A stretch of 64,000 nucleotides of DNA from Candidatus Cloacimonadota bacterium (lineage in GTDB: Bacteria > Cloacimonadota > Cloacimonadia > Cloacimonadales > TCS61): positions 3,225 to 67,224 of the forward strand of contig JAIPGP010000004.1 of assembly GCA_021735645.1 (NCBI GenBank), in the 5' to 3' direction. Positions 28,499-35,897 of this stretch are shown here, one piece after another. The translations under genes were made by a program, and so were the position numbers. Numbering within the stretch: the stretch's first letter is position 1; each line of letters begins with the position of its first letter. The notes beneath the pieces are model-generated. The model made no database searches. It was not told the DNA's origin and saw only the letters and a program-made list of their open reading frames with translations.

Positions 28499-29755
28499 AT
28501 GAAGAAAACTATTGTCACCTTTACTCTTATGTTACTACTGCTATCTTGCACTGTAACTTCATCGGAACAGGATAGCTCTTATCTGGAAGATACCTGGCAG
28601 GCAAACCGGGCAGAAGATATTGTCACTGCCAATTCTCATTTTGCTTTTAATGTACTACAGCAACTGATAGATACTGAGGAACCTGATAATATTGTATTTT
28701 CACCCTTATCCCTCTCTCTGGCACTTGGCATGACTATGAATGGAGCTGCAGCAACTACTCTTGAGCAAATGAAACAAACCCTGCATTATGGTGATTTAGA
28801 GCTGGAAGAAATTAATCAGCAGAATTTGCATTTGATAAGTAATCTTCTGGAGTTTGATCCAAGTATTATTCTGGGACTGGCAAATTCCATCTGGATAAGA
28901 AATGGATATCCAGTTAAAGAACAGTTTATTGCTCTAAATGAAGAGTATTATCTATCTGAGATATTTCCTGATCTTCCCTTTAATGAACAGACCATTATTG
29001 ATGCTAATGCCTGGGTGAGTGATAATACCGGCGGTAGAATAAGAGATATTCTGAAAAACTTATCTGAGGATGATGTTGTTTTTTTGATTAATGCCATCTA
29101 TTTTGCTGCTGACTGGAAATATCAGTTCGACTCTGAAGAAACTACTGAAGATTATTTTTACACTGGATACAATGAACCTGTACAAGTCCCCTTTATGAAC
29201 TGCGCCGGAATTGATTTCACTTATCTGAATGGGGAAAATTTCCATGCAGCCCGTTTACCGTATGGAAATGGTGACCTTGCCATGTATGTATTTCTTCCTG
29301 AATATGGTGCTGACCTGCAGGAACTTATCTCTGACCAGAATTTTGCCTCATTTGATAGCTGGTTCGCTGGTTATGAACCTGTTCCACCCCAAATGCAGGA
29401 ATCCAGCAGCTTTTCTATGCCATCTTTTCAAGTTTCCTGCTCCCAAAAATATGAAGACATCTTATCCGACCTGGGAATGCCACTTCCCTTTAGTCAATAT
29501 TCAGCAGATTTCTCTAATATGGTGTATGAGCCAGCTCATCCTTACATCAGATATATAAAACAAAATACCTGGATAAGAACTGATGAACAAGGCAGTGAAG
29601 CAACAGCCGCCACTTTGGTCATGATGGCAGATGGAATGCCTCTTGAAAGCAATATCTTTGTTGCAGACAGACCTTTCCTATATGTCATCAGAGATGATAG
29701 AGATGGCTCAATCCTCTTTATAGGAATAATGAATAACCCACTTATAGAGGAATAA
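28499..29755 (+). CDS. secreted serpin (serine protease inhibitor family)
   Basis: 418 aa. Signal/lipobox-like N-terminus (LLLLSC). Serpin pattern NIVFSPLSLSLALGM, FLINAIYFAADWKYQF, hinge/RCL GSEATAATLVMMADG, and C-terminal FVADRPFLYVIRDDRDGSILFIG. Confidence 0.85.
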   Translation: MKKTIVTFTLMLLLLSCTVTSSEQDSSYLEDTWQANRAEDIVTANSHFAFNVLQQLIDTEEPDNIVFSPLSLSLALGMTMNGAAATTLEQMKQTLHYGDLELEEINQQNLHLISNLLEFDPSIILGLANSIWIRNGYPVKEQFIALNEEYYLSEIFPDLPFNEQTIIDANAWVSDNTGGRIRDILKNLSEDDVVFLINAIYFAADWKYQFDSEETTEDYFYTGYNEPVQVPFMNCAGIDFTYLNGENFHAARLPYGNGDLAMYVFLPEYGADLQELISDQNFASFDSWFAGYEPVPPQMQESSSFSMPSFQVSCSQKYEDILSDLGMPLPFSQYSADFSNMVYEPAHPYIRYIKQNTWIRTDEQGSEATAATLVMMADGMPLESNIFVADRPFLYVIRDDRDGSILFIGIMNNPLIEE

Positions 29756-29947
29756 AAAAAAGACGAACCAAGCTTCAGCTACAAAGTGACGCCCTCCAAG
29801 TCCACTGCATCCTCTGCGTTCTCTGCGTCCACTTAGTACACTCCCTATCTATTTATGGCAGGTAGAATATTGGAATAACAAAAAAAAATTGCTTTACTCA
29901 TAAAAGGTTCATGGAGTATTTGATAATAAAAATCAGGAGGCTATAAT

Positions 29948-32900
29948 ATGCGTAAAATGATATTATTATTATTGAGTTTGTGCTTAGTTGCCGGACTGTC
30001 AGCCAGCAGGTTTGAAGGTGATGTTAAAAGCTGGGCAGCGGAAGATTTCATCGGTTTTGACCTGGTGGGAGATAGTAATGGAACAGCAGGAGACATCACT
30101 TCTGCCTACATTTACCAGGATACCGGGAACCTCTATCTGCGACTGAGCTTTGCTGATATGGTAACTCGAGTGGATAACCGGATGGTAAATGACAATTTTG
30201 CCCGGGCAGATATGATGCTCACAATTATGGTATTGAATAATGACAATATTCAGATCAAAGAATCATTTTCTCTTAATGAAAAAAACGGAACTATTAATAA
30301 CCTGAGCTGGCTGAGAACTCCTCAGAACAATCTGCTGGAATTAAAACTACCAGCCCTGAAAAGTGACAGAAAAGACCTGCTGATCAGTTTCAGACTGCAG
30401 AAAAATAATCAGCTTATTGATGAATTTTCTACTACCGGGCGCGAAAACCGTGATACTGGTAATTGTGCTTTTGTCCATCATGGCAATCAGGGACTCACCT
30501 ATACAGAAGTATTTTATGGCAGTGGCTCACATCCCCAGGGACTGGATGGCAGCGGTTTTGATGAAGTATTAGAGGTGCATGAAGCTACTGATGTACCAGG
30601 AAACTTTCACATGAGCGGTACCTTGATGCCGGCTGCCCAGTGGCACGATCCGCAATTTAATGACTGGTTGAGCAATATGGTCACGGATGGCACAGCCTCT
30701 ATGATGACCTCTGCTTTGGGACAGCATATTATGCCCTTTGTGCAGAATAATATGAATGACTGGGCTGTGGCAGTGGAAAGCGATATGGTGGAATACCGTT
30801 ATAATTACCAGCCACATGTTGCCTGGGTGCCCGAACGCGTCTGGCTCGCTTTGGGTCAGTATCCTGATGCCGGAGTTGTAGATAACTGGCTGGGTAATAA
30901 CTGGACGCAGCATGGCGTTTGGGGCGTGGTATTAGATGATGGTCCACATTTAAACGGATATGATAATCATAAGATACACTGGATGAGCAATGGTGTGGGT
31001 ATTGACCTGCGAGTGATACCTATTGATAACACCTTTGTGGGCAATATGCACTATGACGCGGGAGCTGCCATGAATAGAATAGCATCTATGGGACAGTATG
31101 ATATCTGCGTATATGGAACTGACTGGGAAGTGGCAGCAGAAATGAATGAACATGCCTGGAACGGCACTGAAGACACATATTTTCTGGATAACTACCAGAT
31201 GGTTTTATGGTATTGTCACGATAACTATCCGGGCGTAAATGTCTGGAAGCTCGATGATGCGATCCAGAATGCTGATTTTAATGGCACGCAAGCTAATATT
31301 ACTCCCGGAACTTACGGTCTGTTAGGTGGAGAAGGCGGCTATGGCGGCAGTAATAATAGCTGGTACACAAGCTGGGCAGGAGCAGCCTCACATTCAGATT
31401 TTCATATTCCCGCCTGGACTTATGGTTATATCTGGAACAATGCTTATGAAAACCTCATGAACTGCCCTGATAATAATCTTTCGCAACTGGGCTGGTACAC
31501 TTTGATGATAAATCTGCATGAAACCGGCTGGCATGACAGCGGTGACATCTCCGGCTGGGAACACCGCTATTCCAGTCATATTAAAAACGCTAATGTATAT
31601 GCCGAAGCATCCCGCTGGGCAGCAGGGCAGTATGAACTTACCACAAATGCTTACTTCAACGATATAGACCGTGATGGCGTGGATGAAATTGTCATGCACA
31701 ATGACAAAAACTATTTTGTGTTTGAAAGTATTGGAGGTAGAGCTGCGTGGGTATTTGCCAAAGACGGATTTGGCAACGCCTGGGCAGTTGTTGGCTCTGA
31801 TGTGGCATATTATTCCGATACAGACGGTGATTATAATGAAGGATCAAATAATCATGTTGCTGCCTTTAGCGATACATATCCTAATTACCAGAACGACCTT
31901 TATAGTATGAATATTATTTCCGTCAATGATGATGAAGTGGTGGTAGAATTTAGCCACAATGATGTAGTGCGTATTGCAACTCTTATCACTGGCAACAGCT
32001 ACCTTGATATGGCATATGATGGAGACGGAGATTTTTATATCAAACATGGATTCACGGCAGACCTGTTGGACATCATCTGGAATGGGAAAAGCCATTTGCA
32101 GAGAATGTGGGGCGATTTTGGTGGCTACTGCGGTAGAAGAAATTCAGCTTCAGGTGCTACTGTCGCTGCCGTGTTAGGTTCTGCTGGCGGTGAACATAAT
32201 ATGGAATTTGAAGGAACTCTGGTTCAGGGTGATGAAATTCATGGTCCCGAACATTTCCATTTCTATCTATATGCAGGCTGGACAAGTGAACCTTATGATA
32301 TGAATTTCAATAAAGTTACAGAGCTGGACGATCTGGCTGCACAACTTTCTGATGATAATCCACCTGCCGTTGAACTTGGAGCTGCCCTGCAGCTTAATCA
32401 GCACCTGGTGCAAATAGTGATGACAGAAGCTGTAACTCCTGCTTCAGCAACTAATATTGCTAACTTTACATTTACTGGAGAGATCAGTAGTTATGATCTT
32501 GTGAATGTTGAGCTTACTCACAATAATCGCAAAATAGTTCTGTTGTTTGATGATGAGTTACCGGATGAGGTTAGTGGATCAATTATCTTAAGCGCTATAG
32601 AAGACTTGAGTGGTAATCCAGTAGCTGATGGTAATCTGGCAGAACTTACTGATTATATTACTCCGCATCTTGTTGGCACCATAAACTCCTGGACTCCCTC
32701 AAACCACGATTATGATCTGGTGTGCCATGATAATATGCTCTGGTCAGTAGATGTTTTACTGGCTGCCGGTACGCACGAATATAAAGTGATAGAATCTAAT
32801 GCCTGGGATGGCAGTGACTGGCCCTCAGCTAATCAGGTGATAGAACTTAGCGAAGCAGGTGAAATCACGATCTGGGTGAATTGCGGTTTATTCCCGGGTG

Positions 32901-33469
32901 CAAATGGATTTGACGGCTATGTCTGCCATAGTACTAATCCACCAATTGTCTGTGGAGATTTCATGAGTGAGCTTGGTGGCATAGACTGGGATCAAACCAG
33001 TGATATCACAGCTATGAATGATAATGGAGAAGCTGGTGACCTGGTAGCTGGCGACGGCATTTTCAGCAGAGCACTGGAGCTTGGGACCGGAAACTGGGAA
33101 TTTAAAATTGTGCTTAATAATAGTTGGGAACAAGGAACCACTGGCGAGAATCTTTTTATCAATCTGAATGAACCTGCAACTATCATATTTACTTATAACT
33201 TTATCGATAACCGGGTAAGCTGGCAGGACGGTAATCAAAGCATGGGTTATGGCGATATTGATAATAATGGCTATGTGGAATCTTATGATGCTGCCCTGAT
33301 CCTCCAGTACTTCGTGGGTATCGACCCTCCAGGTGCACCCCTGCCCTGGCTGGACTGGCAGTTATTACGCGCCGATGTAGATGGTAATGGCGCGGCTGAA
33401 GCCTATGATGCCTCTCTCATCCAGAGATTCGTGGTAGGTATGATTGATCATTTCCCAGTAGAAGAATAG
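29948..33469 (+). CDS. secreted GH57-like alpha-glucan-active enzyme with beta-sandwich (CBM-like) modules and a C-terminal dockerin
   Basis: 1173 aa with a signal peptide. GH57-like blocks FVHHGNQG, NFHMSGTLMP, GQHIMPF and AWVPERVW. DUF1926-like DIDRDGVDEIVMHND...GGRAAWVF. Two about 90-aa starch-binding-like modules. Type-I dockerin duplicate GDIDNNGYVESYDAALILQYFVG / ADVDGNGAAEAYDASLIQRFVVG. Confidence 0.7.
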   Translation: MRKMILLLLSLCLVAGLSASRFEGDVKSWAAEDFIGFDLVGDSNGTAGDITSAYIYQDTGNLYLRLSFADMVTRVDNRMVNDNFARADMMLTIMVLNNDNIQIKESFSLNEKNGTINNLSWLRTPQNNLLELKLPALKSDRKDLLISFRLQKNNQLIDEFSTTGRENRDTGNCAFVHHGNQGLTYTEVFYGSGSHPQGLDGSGFDEVLEVHEATDVPGNFHMSGTLMPAAQWHDPQFNDWLSNMVTDGTASMMTSALGQHIMPFVQNNMNDWAVAVESDMVEYRYNYQPHVAWVPERVWLALGQYPDAGVVDNWLGNNWTQHGVWGVVLDDGPHLNGYDNHKIHWMSNGVGIDLRVIPIDNTFVGNMHYDAGAAMNRIASMGQYDICVYGTDWEVAAEMNEHAWNGTEDTYFLDNYQMVLWYCHDNYPGVNVWKLDDAIQNADFNGTQANITPGTYGLLGGEGGYGGSNNSWYTSWAGAASHSDFHIPAWTYGYIWNNAYENLMNCPDNNLSQLGWYTLMINLHETGWHDSGDISGWEHRYSSHIKNANVYAEASRWAAGQYELTTNAYFNDIDRDGVDEIVMHNDKNYFVFESIGGRAAWVFAKDGFGNAWAVVGSDVAYYSDTDGDYNEGSNNHVAAFSDTYPNYQNDLYSMNIISVNDDEVVVEFSHNDVVRIATLITGNSYLDMAYDGDGDFYIKHGFTADLLDIIWNGKSHLQRMWGDFGGYCGRRNSASGATVAAVLGSAGGEHNMEFEGTLVQGDEIHGPEHFHFYLYAGWTSEPYDMNFNKVTELDDLAAQLSDDNPPAVELGAALQLNQHLVQIVMTEAVTPASATNIANFTFTGEISSYDLVNVELTHNNRKIVLLFDDELPDEVSGSIILSAIEDLSGNPVADGNLAELTDYITPHLVGTINSWTPSNHDYDLVCHDNMLWSVDVLLAAGTHEYKVIESNAWDGSDWPSANQVIELSEAGEITIWVNCGLFPGANGFDGYVCHSTNPPIVCGDFMSELGGIDWDQTSDITAMNDNGEAGDLVAGDGIFSRALELGTGNWEFKIVLNNSWEQGTTGENLFINLNEPATIIFTYNFIDNRVSWQDGNQSMGYGDIDNNGYVESYDAALILQYFVGIDPPGAPLPWLDWQLLRADVDGNGAAEAYDASLIQRFVVGMIDHFPVEE

Positions 33470-33478
33470 AAATATTTG

Positions 33479-33562
33479 TCTGAATCAGGATTTACAGGAT
33501 TTAAGATATTTACAGGATTAATGAAAGGAGAATGATATAAATACTGTAAATCCAGATTCAGA
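33479..33562. repeat. 19-bp-arm inverted repeat enclosing a 9-bp-periodic array
   Basis: TCTGAATCAGGATTTACAG (33479-33497) pairs with CTGTAAATCCAGATTCAGA (33544-33562) with one mismatch. Internal array AGGATTTAC AGGATTTAA GATATTTAC AGGATTAAT (33487-33522). Confidence 0.85.
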
Positions 33563-33617
33563 AAATAAAAATCTGCTTGCCAGAAAATAAGCTATCCGGC
33601 TATTTTGCATTTAAAAA

Positions 33618-34857
33618 GTGAATTGGACGGCATATATGTATATTGAAAGAGATTTACAAGATTATATCTTGAGGATCAACAAGTCCTTCTTTGCCCTTTT
33701 CCTTACTGGTGCCCGGCAAGTTGGTAAAACAACTTTACTTGAGCATCTTAGTGAAGATAAACGAAGATATATCACCCTTGATGACCCAGTATTAAAGGAG
33801 ATGGCAATTAATGATCCATCGATGTTCCTGCAAAGATTTCCAGCACCTCTGTTTATTGATGAAATTCAGTATGCGCCTGAGTTGTTTCCATACCTGAAAA
33901 TTCAGATCGATTCTTTACAGATTAATGGGTCATACTGGTTGAGTGGTTCGCAGCAGTTCTCTTTGACGAAAAATGTATCTGAATCATTAGCTGGAAGAAT
34001 AGCAGTTCTTAATCTTTATGGTTTAAGCCAGGCAGAACTTGATAATTCAGAAATAAAAAACACTGTTTTTACCTAAACCAGATGTTTTGGATCAGCGTTC
34101 TGTAGCTGATACGCAGCTTGATCTCGCAGGGGTGTATCAGCGAATATTCAGAGGACAGATGCCAGCTTTACATTCTGAGCAAAAGCCAGATACTTATCCA
34201 TTTTACAGTTCATATATCCAAACCTATATCCAGAGAGATGTTCGGTCATTTTTAAAAATCGGAGATGAGATGAGTTTTTACCGCTTTCTGCGTGCTGCAG
34301 CAGCACGAACAGGGCAACTTCTGAATAAGTCTGATCTTGCCCGTGTTGCTGGAATTTCTCCAACTACTGCCGAGAATTGGCTTTCCATTCTGCGAGCATC
34401 AGGTATCATCTACATTATGGAACCCTACTACAGAAATATAACTAAGCGACTGATTAAAAGTCCTAAACTCTATTTTCTCGATACCGGACTTTGCGCTCAT
34501 CTTACAGGCTGGCATAATTGGGAAACATTGGAAGCTGGTGCATTAAGCGGAGCTATTCTTGAAACATGGGTAGTTTCGGAAATCATTAAAAACTTTAATA
34601 ATAATGGTGTCCCGGCAAATTTCTATTATCTACGAACAAAAGACGGTAGTGAAATTGATCTGCTAATCGAATTAAATGGAGTTATCTATCCTTTGGAAAT
34701 AAAAAAAACTACTCACCCTTCAAAAAATGATATCGGACATTTTCATCTGCTGCAGAAAAATGGTTGTAACACAGCTACTGGAGGTGTTATCTGCCTTTGT
34801 AAACACCTGCTGCCTATTGATGAAAAAAATTATTCGATTCCCATAGGGATTATTTAA
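33618..34857 (+). pseudogene. AAA+ ATPase with DUF4143-type C-terminal domain, split by a frameshift near 34055-34076
   Basis: ORF 33618..34076 carries Walker A (LTGARQVGKTTLL) and Walker B-like (LFIDEIQ). ORF 34087..34857 lies in a different frame and carries the DUF4143-like part (KLYFLDTGL...). That second frame is open from 34057. The switch lies at the A6/T5 runs. Confidence 0.7.
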
Positions 34858-34905
34858 TCACTTACGCGTCTGTTTTGGGATTTTCGTGGTTATTATTAGA
34901 CTTTA

Positions 34906-35249
34906 ACATTTTGTGCAGTACCTTACAATTAATATTCTGTCAATTTTTGGCAGAAAAGATTTTCAACCACTGACCACACTGACTTCACTGACGAAAATAA
35001 TGCCAGAATAAATCCGTTCTTTTCTTACATTGTCAGTGCTGTCCGTGACGTCCGGTGATAATCTTTCAATTGGTTTCGGTTTATCCGAGTTAGGCTTTTG
35101 CAAAGAGTGCTAATCCCGATACAGGGACAAGTGCAGTTGGATTTACCCATCACAGTTCACTGTTCACTGGTTAAATATTTAATATCATTTCCTATCTTAT
35201 TTTGTGCCAGATACTTGGTGCTATTTGTGAAATACTACTGCATAAAGTG
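34906..35249. repeat. about 345-bp dispersed repeat, copy R1
   Basis: Near-identical to 43251-43603, with a handful of substitutions plus 3-nt and 7-nt indels. Contains CACTGAC x3 (34967-34993), GTCnGTG x3 (35032-35058) and TTCACTG x2 arrays. Confidence 0.9.
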
Positions 35250-35286
35250 CGTTTAATCATCCCAGACCAGGGATGGTCTGGTTACA

Positions 35287-35313
35287 ATAAAAAAGCCACC
35301 GCTAGCGGTGGCT
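35287..35313 (-). terminator. terminator downstream of tRNA-Phe (hairpin usable on both strands)
   Basis: AGCCACC GCTAGC GGTGGCT hairpin. On the minus strand it is followed by TTTTTTATT. Confidence 0.7.
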
Positions 35314-35324
35314 TTTCTATATTA

Positions 35325-35400
35325 TGGTGGCAGGACCCAGACTTGAACTGGGGACACAAGGCTTTTCAGGCCTCTGCTCTACCAACTGAGCTATCCCGCC
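35325..35400 (-). tRNA. tRNA-Phe(GAA): tRNA-Phe (anticodon GAA), CCA encoded
   Basis: The reverse complement reads GGCGGGATAGCTCAGTTGGTAGAGCAGAGGCCTGAAAAGCCTTGTGTCCCCAGTTCAAGTCTGGGTCCTGCCACCA. It folds by hand into a cloverleaf: 7-bp acceptor, GCTC/GAGC D stem, GAGGC/GCCTT anticodon stem with loop CTGAAAA, and CCCAG/CTGGG T stem with TTCAAGT. Confidence 0.95.
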
Positions 35401-35897
35401 ATTTAAATCAAAGTGAAGTGAAATAAATTAATCTATGATTATTCTGTCAAGTGAAAAAGTAATATCATAGCTAATAATAGAAATCTGGTATCCCCCTGTT
35501 TTTCTGAAAACCGCTATAGATATCTCAAGAACTTATAAATGGTTAGGCGTATTTTATAAGCAAATTTTTCACTCTCATTAACACCGGGTTTCTAACCTGG
35601 TGAAAAGCGAAAAAGAATATGGATTGAGTGGCTTCAGCCACTTCTTATAATAATAATTCATACCATTCTGGATTTTAGTATAACAAACTCAAATACAGAG
35701 GGAAATCACTGAAGTGATTATACATCGTTCATCATTAACCCCTAAGTTAATTTAGGGGTTAATGAGAATGATTTATTTGATGCTATTGGTAAACTAAAAT
35801 GAAATCAATTTCAGGAGGATACCAGCTAATAATAGAAATACCTTGTAAAGAAAATCAGGGATTATTTTTTTAGCAAAAATGCCTAAAGGAAATAATT

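Noticed and set aside
35202-35426. Track ORF 35202..35426 (+), 74 aa
   Set aside because: It runs antisense across tRNA-Phe and its terminator, so it is spurious.
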